Source of the DNA: Eledone cirrhosa
Lineage: Eukaryota
Assembly (NCBI GenBank): GCA_964016885.1
Contig: OZ024742.1
Span: forward strand, 378,076,001-378,140,000
Direction: 5' to 3'
DNA: 64,000 nt
Positions within the stretch are counted from its first letter, which is position 1. Every line of letters starts with the position of its first letter. The translations under genes and the position numbers were made by a program. The notes beneath the pieces are model-generated. The model worked only from the letters and a program-made list of their open reading frames with translations, did no database searches and was not told the DNA's origin. Below, one piece after another: positions 12,101 to 26,600 of this stretch.

Positions 12101-15100
12101 ACAATAGTAGAAATATGTTCTAGTCTTCTGTAGAGATAGTTTAACAAGGGACAGAAGTAGAAATATGTTCTAGTCTTCTGTAGAGATTGTTTAACAAGTG
12201 ACAGATGTAGAAATATGTTCTAGTCTTCTGTAGAGATAGTTTAACAAGTGACAGAATTAGTAATATGTTCTAGCCTTCTGTAGAGATAGTTTAACAAGTG
12301 ACAGAAGTAAGAATATGTTCTAGTCTTCTGTAGAGGTAGTTTAACAAGTGACACAAGTAGAAATATGTTATATGTTCTAGTCTTCTGTAGAGATAGTTTA
12401 ACAATTGACAGAAGTAGAAATATGTTCTAGTCTTCTGTAGAGATAGTTTAACAAGTGACAGAAGTAGAAATATGTTCTACTCTTCTGTAGAGGTAGTTTA
12501 ACAAGTGACAGAAGTAGAAATATGTTCTAGTCTTCAGTAGAGATAGTTTAACAAGCGACAGAAGTAGAAATATGTTCTAGTCTTCTGTAGAGATAGTTTA
12601 ACAAGTGACAGAAGTAGAAATATGTTCTTGTCTTCTGTAGAGGTAGTTTAACGAGTGACAGAAGTAGAAATATGTTCTAGTCTTCAGTAGAGATAGTTTA
12701 ACAAGCGACAGAAGTAGAAATATGTTCTAGTCTTCTGTAGAGATAGTTTAACAAGTGACAGATTTAGAAATATGTTCTAGTCTTCTGTAGAGATAGTTTA
12801 AAAAGCGACAGAAGAAGAAATATGTTCTAGTCTTCTGTAGAGATAGTTTAACAAGTAGCAGAAGTAAAAATATGTTCTAGTCTTCTGTAGAGATAGTTTA
12901 ACAAGCGACAGAAGTAGAAATATGTTCTATGTTCTAGTCTTCTGTAGAGATAGTTTAACAATTGACAGAAGTAGAAATATGTTCTAGTCTTCTGTAGAGA
13001 TAGTTTAACAAGTGACAGAAGTAGAAATATGTTCTACTCTTCTGTAGAGGTAGTTTAACAAGTGACAGAAGTAAAAATATGTTCTAGTCTTCTGTAGAGG
13101 TAGTTTAACAAGTGACACAAGTAGAAATATGTTCTATGTTCTAGTCTTCTGTAGAGATAGTTTAACAATTGACAGAAGAAGAAATATGTTCTAGTCTTCT
13201 GTAGAGATAGTTTAACAAGTAGCAGAAGTAAAAATGTGTTCTAGTCTTCTGTAGAGATAGTTTAACAAGCGACAGAAGTAGAAATATGTTCTATGTTCTA
13301 GTCTTGTGTAGAGATAGTTTAACACGTGACAGGAGTAGAAATATGTTCTAGTCTTCTGTAGAGGTAGTTTAACAAGTGACACAAGTAGAAATATGTTCTA
13401 TGTTCTAGTCTTCTGTCGAGATAGTTTAACAAGTGACAGAAGTAGAAATATGTTCTAGTCTTCTGTAGAGATAGTTTAACACGTGACAGGAGTAGAAATA
13501 TGTTCTAGTCTTCTGTAGAGATAGTTTAACAAGTGACAGATTTAGAAATATGTTCTAGTCTTCTGTAGAGATAGTTTAAAAAGGGACAGAAGAAGAAATA
13601 TGTTCTAGTCTTCTGTAGAGATAGTTTAACAAGTAGCAGAAGTAAAAATATGTTCTAGTCTTCTGTAGAGATAGTTTAACAAGCGACAGAAGTAGAAATA
13701 TGTTCTATGTTCTAGTCTTCTGTAGAGATAGTTTAACAAGTGACAGAAGCAGAAATATGTTCTAGTCTTCTGTAGAGATAGTTTAACAAGTGACAATAGT
13801 AGAAATATGTTCTAGTCTTCTGTAGAGATAGTTTAACAAGGGACAGAAGTAGAAATATGTTCTAGTCTTCTGTAGAGATTGTTTAACAAGTGACAGATGT
13901 AGAAATATGTTCTAGTCTTCTGTAGAGATAGTTTAACAAGTGACAGAATTAGTAATATGTTCTAGCCTTCTGTAGAGATAGTTTAACAAGTGACAGAAGT
14001 AAGAATATGTTCTAGTCTTCTGTAGAGGTAGTTTAACAAGTGACACAAGTAGAAATATGTTATATGTTCTAGTCTTCTGTAGAGATAGTTTAACAATTGA
14101 CAGAAGTAGAAATATGTTCTAGTCTTCTGTAGAGATAGTTTAACAAGTGACAGAAGTAGAAATATGTTCTACTCTTCTGTAGAGGTAGTTTAACAAGTGA
14201 CAGAAGTAGAAATATGTTCTAGTCTTCAGTAGAGATAGTTTAACAAGCGACAGAAGTAGAAATATGTTCTAGTCTTCTGTAGAGATAGTTTAACAAGTGA
14301 CAGAAGTAGAAATATGTTCTTGTCTTCTGTAGAGTTAGTTTAACGAGTGACAGAAGTAGAAATATGTTCTAGTCTTCAGTAGATATAGTTTAACAAGCGA
14401 CAGAAGTAGAAATATGTTCTAGTCTTCTGTAGAGATAGTTTAACAAGTGACAGATTTAGAAATATGTTCTAGTCTTCTGTAGAGATAGTTTAAAAAGGGA
14501 CAGAAGAAGAAATATGTTCTAGTCTTCTGTAGAGATAGTTTAACAAGTAGCAGAAGTAAAAATATGTTCTAGTCTTCTGTAGAGATAGTTTAACAAGCGA
14601 CAGAAGTAGAAATATGTTCTATGTTCTAGTCTTCTGTAGAGATAGTTTAACAAGTGACAGAAGCAGAAATATGTTCTAGTCTTCTGTAGAGATAGTTTAA
14701 CAAGTGACAATAGTAGAAATATGTTCTAGTCTTCTGTAGAGATAGTTTAACAAGGGACAGAAGTAGAAATATGTTCTAGTCTTCTGTAGAGATTGTTTAA
14801 CAAGTGACAGATGTAGAAATATGTTCTAGTCTTCTGTAGAGATAGTTTAACAAGTGACAGAAGTAAGAATATGTTCTAGTCTTCTGTAGAGGTAGTTTAA
14901 CAAGTGACACAAGTAGAAATATGTTATATGTTCTAGTCTTCTGTAGAGATAGTTTAACAATTGACAGAAGTAGAAATATGTTCTAGTCTTCTGTAGAGAT
15001 AGTTTAACAAGTGACAGAAGTAGAAATATGTTCTACTCTTCTGTAGAGGTAGTTTAACAAGTGACAGAAGTAGAAATATGTTCTAGTCTTCAGTAGAGAT

Positions 15101-17618
15101 AGTTTAACAAGCGACAGAAGTAGAAATATGTTCTAGTCTTCTGTAGAGATAGTTTAACAAGTGACAGAAGTAGAAATATGTTCTTGTCTTCTGTAGAGGT
15201 AGTTTAACGAGTGACAGAAGTAGAAATATGTTCTAGTCTTCAGTAGAGATAGTTTAACAAGCGACAGAAGTAGAAATATGTTCTAGTCTTCTGTAGAGAT
15301 AGTTTAACAAGTGACAGATTTAGAAATATGTTCTAGTCTTCTGTAGAGATAGTTTAAAAAGCGACAGAAGAAGAAATATGTTCTAGTCTTCTGTAGAGAT
15401 AGTTTAACAAGTAGCAGAAGTAAAAATATGTTCTAGTCTTCTGTAGAGATAGTTTAACAAGCGACAGAAGTAGAAATATGTTCTATGTTCTAGTCTTCTG
15501 TAGAGATAGTTTAACAATTGACAGAAGTAGAAATATGTTCTAGTCTTCTGTAGAGATAGTTTAACAAGTGACAGAAGTAGAAATATGTTCTACTCTTCTG
15601 TAGAGGTAGTTTAACAAGTGACAGAAGTAAAAATATGTTCTAGTCTTCTGTAGAGGTAGTTTAACAAGTGACACAAGTAGAAATATGTTCTATGTTCTAG
15701 TCTTCTGTAGAGATAGTTTAACAATTGACAGAAGAAGAAATATGTTCTAGTCTTCTGTAGAGATAGTTTAACAAGTAGCAGAAGTAAAAATGTGTTCTAG
15801 TCTTCTGTAGAGATAGTTTAACAAGCGACAGAAGTAGAAATATGTTCTATGTTCTAGTCTTGTGTAGAGATAGTTTAACACGTGACAGGAGTAGAAATAT
15901 GTTCTAGTCTTCTGTAGAGGTAGTTTAACAAGTGACACAAGTAGAAATATGTTCTATGTTCTAGTCTTCTGTCGAGATAGTTTAACAAGTGACAGAAGTA
16001 GAAATATGTTCTAGTCTTCTGTAGAGATAGTTTAACACGTGACAGGAGTAGAAATATGTTCTAGTCTTCTGTAGAGATAGTTTAACAAGTGACAGATTTA
16101 GAAATATGTTCTAGTCTTCTGTAGAGATAGTTTAAAAAGGGACAGAAGAAGAAATATGTTCTAGTCTTCTGTAGAGATAGTTTAACAAGTAGCAGAAGTA
16201 AAAATATGTTCTAGTCTTCTGTAGAGATAGTTTAACAAGCGACAGAAGTAGAAATATGTTCTATGTTCTAGTCTTCTGTAGAGATAGTTTAACAAGTGAC
16301 AGAAGCAGAAATATGTTCTAGTCTTCTGTAGAGATAGTTTAACAAGTGACAATAGTAGAAATATGTTCTAGTCTTCTGTAGAGATAGTTTAACAAGGGAC
16401 AGAAGTAGAAATATGTTCTAGTCTTCTGTAGAGATTGTTTAACAAGTGACAGATGTAGAAATATGTTCTAGTCTTCTGTAGAGATAGTTTAACAAGTGAC
16501 AGAATTAGTAATATGTTCTAGCCTTCTGTAGAGATAGTTTAACAAGTGACAGAAGTAAGAATATGTTCTAGTCTTCTGTAGAGGTAGTTTAACAAGTGAC
16601 ACAAGTAGAAATATGTTATATGTTCTAGTCTTCTGTAGAGATAGTTTAACAATTGACAGAAGTAGAAATATGTTCTAGTCTTCTGTAGAGATAGTTTAAC
16701 AAGTGACAGAAGTAGAAATATGTTCTACTCTTCTGTAGAGGTAGTTTAACAAGTGACAGAAGTAGAAATATGTTCTAGTCTTCAGTAGAGATAGTTTAAC
16801 AAGCGACAGAAGTAGAAATATGTTCTAGTCTTCTGTAGAGATAGTTTAACAAGTGACAGAAGTAGAAATATGTTCTTGTCTTCTGTAGAGTTAGTTTAAC
16901 GAGTGACAGAAGTAGAAATATGTTCTAGTCTTCAGTAGATATAGTTTAACAAGCGACAGAAGTAGAAATATGTTCTAGTCTTCTGTAGAGATAGTTTAAC
17001 AAGTGACAGATTTAGAAATATGTTCTAGTCTTCTGTAGAGATAGTTTAAAAAGGGACAGAAGAAGAAATATGTTCTAGTCTTCTGTAGAGATAGTTTAAC
17101 AAGTAGCAGAAGTAAAAATATGTTCTAGTCTTCTGTAGAGATAGTTTAACAAGCGACAGAAGTAGAAATATGTTCTATGTTCTAGTCTTCTGTAGAGATA
17201 GTTTAACAAGTGACAGAAGCAGAAATATGTTCTAGTCTTCTGTAGAGATAGTTTAACAAGTGACAATAGTAGAAATATGTTCTAGTCTTCTGTAGAGATA
17301 GTTTAACAAGGGACAGAAGTAGAAATATGTTCTAGTCTTCTGTAGAGATTGTTTAACAAGTGACAGATGTAGAAATATGTTCTAGTCTTCTGTAGAGATA
17401 GTTTAACAAGTGACAGAAGTAAGAATATGTTCTAGTCTTCTGTAGAGGTAGTTTAACAAGTGACACAAGTAGAAATATGTTATATGTTCTAGTCTTCTGT
17501 AGAGATAGTTTAACAATTGACAGAAGTAGAAATATGTTCTAGTCTTCTGTAGAGATAGTTTAACAAGTGACAGAAGTAGAAATATGTTCTACTCTTCTGT
17601 AGAGGTAGTTTAACAAGT

Positions 17619-20600
17619 GACAGAAGTAGAAATATGTTCTAGTCTTCAGTAGAGATAGTTTAACAAGCGACAGAAGTAGAAATATGTTCTAGTCTTCTGT
17701 AGAGATAGTTTAACAAGTGACAGAAGTAGAAATATGTTCTTGTCTTCTGTAGAGGTAGTTTAACGAGTGACAGAAGTAGAAATATGTTCTAGTCTTCAGT
17801 AGAGATAGTTTAACAAGCGACAGAAGTAGAAATATGTTCTAGTCTTCTGTAGAGATAGTTTAACAAGTGACAGATTTAGAAATATGTTCTAGTCTTCTGT
17901 AGAGATAGTTTAAAAAGCGACAGAAGAAGAAATATGTTCTAGTCTTCTGTAGAGATAGTTTAACAAGTAGCAGAAGTAAAAATATGTTCTAGTCTTCTGT
18001 AGAGATAGTTTAACAAGCGACAGAAGTAGAAATATGTTCTATGTTCTAGTCTTCTGTAGAGATAGTTTAACAAGTGACAGAAGCAGAAATATGTTCTAGT
18101 CTTCTGTAGAGATAGTTTAACAAGTGACAATAGTAGAAATATGTTCTAGTCTTCTGTAGAGATAGTTTAACAAGGGACAGAAGTAGAAATATGTTCTAGT
18201 CTTCTGTAGAGATTGTTTAACAAGTGACAGATGTAGAAATATGTTCTAGTCTTCTGTAGAGATAGTTTAACAAGTGACAGAATTAGTAATATGTTCTAGC
18301 CTTCTGTAGAGATAGTTTAACAAGTGACAGAAGTAAGAATATGTTCTAGTCTTCTGTAGAGGTAGTTTAACAAGTGACACAAGTAGAAATATGTTATATG
18401 TTCTAGTCTTCTGTAGAGATAGTTTAACAATTGACAGAAGTAGAAATATGTTCTAGTCTTCTGTAGAGATAGTTTAACAAGTGACAGAAGTAGAAATATG
18501 TTCTACTCTTCTGTAGAGGTAGTTTAACAAGTGACAGAAGTAGAAATATGTTCTAGTCTTCAGTAGAGATAGTTTAACAAGCGACAGAAGTAGAAATATG
18601 TTCTAGTCTTCTGTAGAGATAGTTTAACAAGTGACAGAAGTAGAAATATGTTCTTGTCTTCTGTAGAGGTAGTTTAACGAGTGACAGAAGTAGAAATATG
18701 TTCTAGTCTTCAGTAGAGATAGTTTAACAAGCGACAGAAGTAGAAATATGTTCTAGTCTTCTGTAGAGATAGTTTAACAAGTGACAGATTTAGAAATATG
18801 TTCTAGTCTTCTGTAGAGATAGTTTAAAAAGGGACAGAAGAAGAAATATGTTCTAGTCTTCTGTAGAGATAGTTTAACAAGTAGCAGAAGTAAAAATATG
18901 TTCTAGTCTTCTGTAGAGATAGTTTAACAAGCGACAGAAGTAGAAATATGTTCTATGTTCTAGTCTTCTGTAGAGATAGTTTAACAAGTGACAGAAGTAG
19001 AAATATGTTCTAGTCTTCTGTAGAGATAGTTTAACAAGTGACAATAGTAGAAATATGTTCTAGTCTTCTGTAGAGATAGTTTAACAAGGGACAGAAGTAG
19101 AAATATGTTCTAGTCTTCTGTAGAGATTGTTTAACAAGTGACAGATGTAGAAATATGTTCTAGTCTTCTGTAGAGATAGTTTAACAAGTGACAGAATTAG
19201 TAATATGTTCTAGCCTTCTGTAGAGATAGTTTAACAAGTGACAGAAGTAAGAATATGTTCTAGTCTTCTGTAGAGGTAGTTTAACAAGTGACACAAGTAG
19301 AAATATGTTATATGTTCTAGTCTTCTGTAGAGATAGTTTAACAATTGACAGAAGTAGAAATATGTTCTAGTCTTCTGTAGAGATAGTTTAACAAGTGACA
19401 GAAGTAGAAATATGTTCTACTCTTCTGTAGAGGTAGTTTAACAAGTGACAGAAGTAGAAATATGTTCTAGTCTTCTGTAGAGATAGTTTAACATGTGCCA
19501 GAAGTAGAAATATGTTCTAGTCTTCTGTAGAGATAGTTTAACAAGTGACAGAAGTAGAAATATGTTCTTGTCTTCTGTAGAGGTAGTTTAACGAGTGACA
19601 GAAGTAGAAATATGTTCTAGTCCTCTGTAGAGATAGTTTAACAAGTGACAGAAGTAGAAATATGTTCTACTCTTCTGTAGAGGTAGTTTAACAAGTGACA
19701 GAAGTAGAAATATGTTCTTGTCTTCTGTAGAGGTAGTTTAACGAGTGACAGAAGTAGAAATATGTTCTAGTCTTCAGTAGAGATAGTTTAACAAGCGACA
19801 GAAGTAGAAATATGTTCTAGTCTTCTGTAGAGATAGTTTAACAAGTGACAGATTTAGAAATATGTTCTAGTCTTCTGTAGAGATAGTTTAAAAAGGGACA
19901 GAAGAAGAAATATGTTCTAGTCTTCTGTAGAGATAGTTTAACAAGTAGCAGAAGTAAAAATATGTTCTAGTCTTCTGTAGAGATAGTTTAACAAGCGACA
20001 GAAGTAGAAATATGTTCTATGTTCTAGTCTTCTGTAGAGATAGTTTAACAAGTGACAGAAGCAGAAATATGTTCTAGTCTTCTGTAGAGATAGTTTAACA
20101 AGTGACAATAGTAGAAATATGTTCTAGTCTTCTGTAGAGATAGTTTAACAAGGGACAGAAGTAGAAATATGTTCTAGTCTTCTGTAGAGATAGTTTAACA
20201 TGTGACAGAAGTAGAAATATGTTCTTGTCTTCTGTAGAGGTAGTTTAACGAGTGACAGAAGTAGAAATATATTCTAGTCTTCTGTAGAGATTGTTTAACA
20301 CGTGACAGGAGTAGAAATATGTTCTAGTCTTCTGTAGAGATAGTTTAACAAGTGACAGAAGTAGAAATATGTTCTAGTCTTCTGTAGAGATAGTTTAACA
20401 AGTGACAGATGTAGAAATATGTTCTAGTCTTCGGTAGAGATAGTTTAACATGTAACAGAAGTAGAAATATGTTCTAGTCTTCTGTAGAGATAGTTTAACA
20501 AGGGACAGAAGTAGAAATATGTTCTAGTCTTCTGTAGAGATAGTTTAACAAGGGACAGAAGTAGAAATATGTTCTAGTCTTCTGTAGAGATTGTTTAACA

Positions 20601-23600
20601 AGTGACAGATGTAGAAATATGTTCTAGTCTTCTGTAGAGATAGTTTAACAAGTGACAGATTTAGAAATATGTTCTAGTCTTCTGTAGAGATAGTTTAAAA
20701 AGGGACAGAAGTAGAAATATGTTCTAGTCTTCTGTAGAGATAGTTTAACAAGTGACAGATTTAGAAATATGTTCTAGTCTTCTGTAGAGATAGTTTAAAA
20801 AGGGACAGAAGTAGAAATATGTTCTAGTCTTCAGTAGAGATAGTTTAACAAGCGACAGAAGTAGAAATATGTTCTAGTCTTCTGTAGAGATAGTTTAACA
20901 AGTGACAGAAGTAGAAATATGTTCTTGTCTTCTGTAGAGGTAGTTTAACGAGTGACAGAAGTAGAAATATGTTCTAGTCTTCAGTAGAGATAGTTTAACA
21001 AGCGACAGAAGTAGAAATATGTTCTAGTCTTCTGTAGAGATAGTTTAACAAGTGACAGATTTAGAAATATGTTCTAGTCTTCTGTAGAGATAGTTTAAAA
21101 AGCGACAGAAGAAGAAATATGTTCTAGTCTTCTGTAGAGATAGTTTAACAAGTAGCAGAAGTAAAAATATGTTCTAGTCTTCTGTAGAGATAGTTTAACA
21201 AGCGACAGAAGTAGAAATATGTTCTATGTTCTAGTCTTCTGTAGAGATAGTTTAACAAGTGACAGAAGCAGAAATATGTTCTAGTCTTCTGTAGAGATAG
21301 TTTAACAAGTGACAATAGTAGAAATATGTTCTAGTCTTCTGTAGAGATAGTTTAACAAGGGACAGAAGTAGAAATATGTTCTAGTCTTCTGTAGAGATTG
21401 TTTAACAAGTGACAGATGTAGAAATATGTTCTAGTCTTCTGTAGAGATAGTTTAACAAGTGACAGAATTAGTAATATGTTCTAGCCTTCTGTAGAGATAG
21501 TTTAACAAGTGACAGAAGTAAGAATATGTTCTAGTCTTCTGTAGAGGTAGTTTAACAAGTGACACAAGTAGAAATATGTTATATGTTCTAGTCTTCTGTA
21601 GAGATAGTTTAACAATTGACAGAAGTAGAAATATGTTCTAGTCTTCTGTAGAGATAGTTTAACAAGTGACAGAAGTAGAAATATGTTCTACTCTTCTGTA
21701 GAGGTAGTTTAACAAGTGACAGAAGTAGAAATATGTTCTAGTCTTCAGTAGAGATAGTTTAACAAGCGACAGAAGTAGAAATATGTTCTAGTCTTCTGTA
21801 GAGATAGTTTAACAAGTGACAGAAGTAGAAATATGTTCTTGTCTTCTGTAGAGGTAGTTTAACGAGTGACAGAAGTAGAAATATGTTCTAGTCTTCAGTA
21901 GAGATAGTTTAACAAGCGACAGAAGTAGAAATATGTTCTAGTCTTCTGTAGAGATAGTTTAACAAGTGACAGATTTAGAAATATGTTCTAGTCTTCTGTA
22001 GAGATAGTTTAAAAAGGGACAGAAGAAGAAATATGTTCTAGTCTTCTGTAGAGATAGTTTAACAAGTAGCAGAAGTAAAAATATGTTCTAGTCTTCTGTA
22101 GAGATAGTTTAACAAGCGACAGAAGTAGAAATATGTTCTATGTTCTAGTCTTCTGTAGAGATAGTTTAACAAGTGACAGAAGTAGAAATATGTTCTAGTC
22201 TTCTGTAGAGATAGTTTAACAAGTGACAATAGTAGAAATATGTTCTAGTCTTCTGTAGAGATAGTTTAACAAGGGACAGAAGTAGAAATATGTTCTAGTC
22301 TTCTGTAGAGATTGTTTAACAAGTGACAGATGTAGAAATATGTTCTAGTCTTCTGTAGAGATAGTTTAACAAGTGACAGAATTAGTAATATGTTCTAGCC
22401 TTCTGTAGAGATAGTTTAACAAGTGACAGAAGTAAGAATATGTTCTAGTCTTCTGTAGAGGTAGTTTAACAAGTGACACAAGTAGAAATATGTTATATGT
22501 TCTAGTCTTCTGTAGAGATAGTTTAACAATTGACAGAAGTAGAAATATGTTCTAGTCTTCTGTAGAGATAGTTTAACAAGTGACAGAAGTAGAAATATGT
22601 TCTACTCTTCTGTAGAGGTAGTTTAACAAGTGACAGAAGTAGAAATATGTTCTAGTCTTCTATAGAGATAGTTTAACATGTGCCAGAAGTAGAAATATGT
22701 TCTAGTCTTCTGTAGAGATAGTTTAACAAGTGACAGAAGTAGAAATATGTTCTTGTCTTCTGTAGAGGTAGTTTAACGAGTGACAGAAGTAGAAATATGT
22801 TCTAGTCCTCTGTAGAGATAGTTTAACAAGTGACAGAAGTAGAAATATGTTCTACTCTTCTGTAGAGGTAGTTTAACAAGTGACAGAAGTAGAAATATGT
22901 TCTTGTCTTCTGTAGAGGTAGTTTAACGAGTGACAGAAGTAGAAATATGTTCTAGTCTTCAGTAGAGATAGTTTAACAAGCGACAGAAGTAGAAATATGT
23001 TCTAGTCTTCTGTAGAGATAGTTTAACAAGTGACAGATTTAGAAATATGTTCTAGTCTTCTGTAGAGATAGTTTAAAAAGGGACAGAAGAAGAAATATGT
23101 TCTAGTCTTCTGTAGAGATAGTTTAACAAGTAGCAGAAGTAAAAATATGTTCTAGTCTTCTGTAGAGATAGTTTAACAAGCGACAGAAGTAGAAATATGT
23201 TCTATGTTCTAGTCTTCTGTAGAGATAGTTTAACAAGTGACAGAAGCAGAAATATGTTCTAGTCTTCTGTAGAGATAGTTTAACAAGTGACAATAGTAGA
23301 AATATGTTCTAGTCTTCTGTAGAGATAGTTTAACAAGGGACAGAAGTAGAAATATGTTCTAGTCTTCTGTAGAGATAGTTTAACATGTGACAGAAGTAGA
23401 AATATGTTCTTGTCTTCTGTAGAGGTAGTTTAACGAGTGACAGAAGTAGAAATATATTCTAGTCTTCTGTAGAGATTGTTTAACACGTGACAGGAGTAGA
23501 AATATGTTCTAGTCTTCTGTAGAGATAGTTTAACAAGTGACAGAAGTAGAAATATGTTCTAGTCTTCTGTAGAGATAGTTTAACAAGTGACAGATGTAGA

Positions 23601-26600
23601 AATATGTTCTAGTCTTCGGTAGAGATAGTTTAACATGTAACAGAAGTAGAAATATGTTCTAGTCTTCTGTAGAGATAGTTTAACAAGGGACAGAAGTAGA
23701 AATATGTTCTAGTCTTCTGTAGAGATAGTTTAACAAGGGACAGAAGTAGAAATATGTTCTAGTCTTCTGTAGAGATTGTTTAACAAGTGACAGATGTAGA
23801 AATATGTTCTAGTCTTCTGTAGAGATAGTTTAACAAGTGACAGATTTAGAAATATGTTCTAGTCTTCTGTAGAGATAGTTTAAAAAGGGACAGAAGTAGA
23901 AATATGTTCTAGTCTTCTGTAGAGATAGTTTAACAAGTGACAGATTTAGAAATATGTTCTAGTCTTCTGTAGAGATAGTTTAAAAAGGGACAGAAGTAGA
24001 AATATGTTCTAGTCTTCAGTAGAGATAGTTTAACAAGCGACAGAAGTAGAAATATGTTCTAGTCTTCTGTAGAGATAGTTTAACAAGTGACAGAAGTAGA
24101 AATATGTTCTTGTCTTCTGTAGAGGTAGTTTAACGAGTGACAGAAGTAGAAATATGTTCTAGTCTTCAGTAGAGATAGTTTAACAAGCGACAGAAGTAGA
24201 AATATGTTCTAGTCTTCTGTAGAGATAGTTTAACAAGTGACAGATTTAGAAATATGTTCTAGTCTTCTGTAGAGATAGTTTAAAAAGCGACAGAAGAAGA
24301 AATATGTTCTAGTCTTCTGTAGAGATAGTTTAACAAGTAGCAGAAGTAAAAATATGTTCTAGTCTTCTGTAGAGATAGTTTAACAAGCGACAGAAGTAGA
24401 AATATGTTCTATGTTCTAGTCTTCTGTAGAGATAGTTTAACAAGTGACAGAAGCAGAAATATGTTCTAGTCTTCTGTAGAGATAGTTTAACAAGTGACAA
24501 TAGTAGAAATATGTTCTAGTCTTCTGTAGAGATAGTTTAACAAGGGACAGAAGTAGAAATATGTTCTAGTCTTCTGTAGAGATTGTTTAACAAGTGACAG
24601 ATGTAGAAATATGTTCTAGTCTTCTGTAGAGATAGTTTAACAAGTGACAGAATTAGTAATATGTTCTAGCCTTCTGTAGAGATAGTTTAACAAGTGACAG
24701 AAGTAAGAATATGTTCTAGTCTTCTGTAGAGGTAGTTTAACAAGTGACACAAGTAGAAATATGTTACATGTTCTAGTCTTCTGTAGAGATAGTTTAACAA
24801 TTGACAGAAGTAGAAATATGTTCTAGTCTTCTGTAGAGATAGTTTAACAAGTGACAGAAGTAGAAATATGTTCTACTCTTCTGTAGAGGTAGTTTAACAA
24901 GTGACAGAAGTAGAAATATGTTCTAGTCTTCAGTAGAGATAGTTTAACAAGCGACAGAAGTAGAAATATGTTCTAGTCTTCTGTAGAGATAGTTTAACAA
25001 GTGACAGAAGTAGAAATATGTTCTTGTCTTCTGTAGAGGTAGTTTAACGAGTGACAGAAGTAGAAATATGTTCTAGTCTTCAGTAGAGATAGTTTAACAA
25101 GCGACAGAAGTAGAAATATGTTCTAGTCTTCTGTAGAGATAGTTTAACAAGTGACAGATTTAGAAATATGTTCTAGTCTTCTGTAGAGATAGTTTAAAAA
25201 GGGACAGAAGAAGAAATATGTTCTAGTCTTCTGTAGAGATAGTTTAACAAGTAGCAGAAGTAAAAATATGTTCTAGTCTTCTGTAGAGATAGTTTAACAA
25301 GCGACAGAAGTAGAAATATGTTCTATGTTCTAGTCTTCTGTAGAGATAGTTTAACAAGTGACAGAAGTAGAAATATGTTCTAGTCTTCTGTAGAGATAGT
25401 TTAACAAGTGACAATAGTAGAAATATGTTCTAGTCTTCTGTAGAGATAGTTTAACAAGGGACAGAAGTAGAAATATGTTCTAGTCTTCTGTAGAGATTGT
25501 TTAACAAGTGACAGATGTAGAAATATGTTCTAGTCTTCTGTAGAGATAGTTTAACAAGTGACAGAATTAGTAATATGTTCTAGCCTTCTGTAGAGATAGT
25601 TTAACAAGTGACAGAAGTAAGAATATGTTCTAGTCTTCTGTAGAGGTAGTTTAACAAGTGACACAAGTAGAAATATGTTATATGTTCTAGTCTTCTGTAG
25701 AGATAGTTTAACAATTGACAGAAGTAGAAATATGTTCTAGTCTTCTGTAGAGATAGTTTAACAAGTGACAGAAGTAGAAATATGTTCTACTCTTCTGTAG
25801 AGGTAGTTTAACAAGTGACAGAAGTAGAAATATGTTCTAGTCTTCTGTAGAGATAGTTTAACATGTGCCAGAAGTAGAAATATGTTCTAGTCTTCTGTAG
25901 AGATAGTTTAACAAGTGACAGAAGTAGAAATATGTTCTTGTCTTCTGTAGAGGTAGTTTAACGAGTGACAGAAGTAGAAATATGTTCTAGTCCTCTGTAG
26001 AGATAGTTTAACAAGTGACAGAAGTAGAAATATGTTCTACTCTTCTGTAGAGGTAGTTTAACAAGTGACAGAAGTAGAAATATGTTCTTGTCTTCTGTAG
26101 AGGTAGTTTAACGAGTGACAGAAGTAGAAATATGTTCTAGTCTTCAGTAGAGATAGTTTAACAAGCGACAGAAGTAGAAATATGTTCTAGTCTTCTGTAG
26201 AGATAGTTTAACAAGTGACAGATTTAGAAATATGTTCTAGTCTTCTGTAGAGATAGTTTAAAAAGGGACAGAAGAAGAAATATGTTCTAGTCTTCTGTAG
26301 AGATAGTTTAACAAGTAGCAGAAGTAAAAATATGTTCTAGTCTTCTGTAGAGATAGTTTAACAAGCGACAGAAGTAGAAATATGTTCTATGTTCTAGTCT
26401 TCTGTAGAGATAGTTTAACAAGTGACAGAAGCAGAAATATGTTCTAGTCTTCTGTAGAGATAGTTTAACAAGTGACAATAGTAGAAATATGTTCTAGTCT
26501 TCTGTAGAGATAGTTTAACAAGGGACAGAAGTAGAAATATGTTCTAGTCTTCTGTAGAGATAGTTTAACATGTGACAGAAGTAGAAATATGTTCTTGTCT

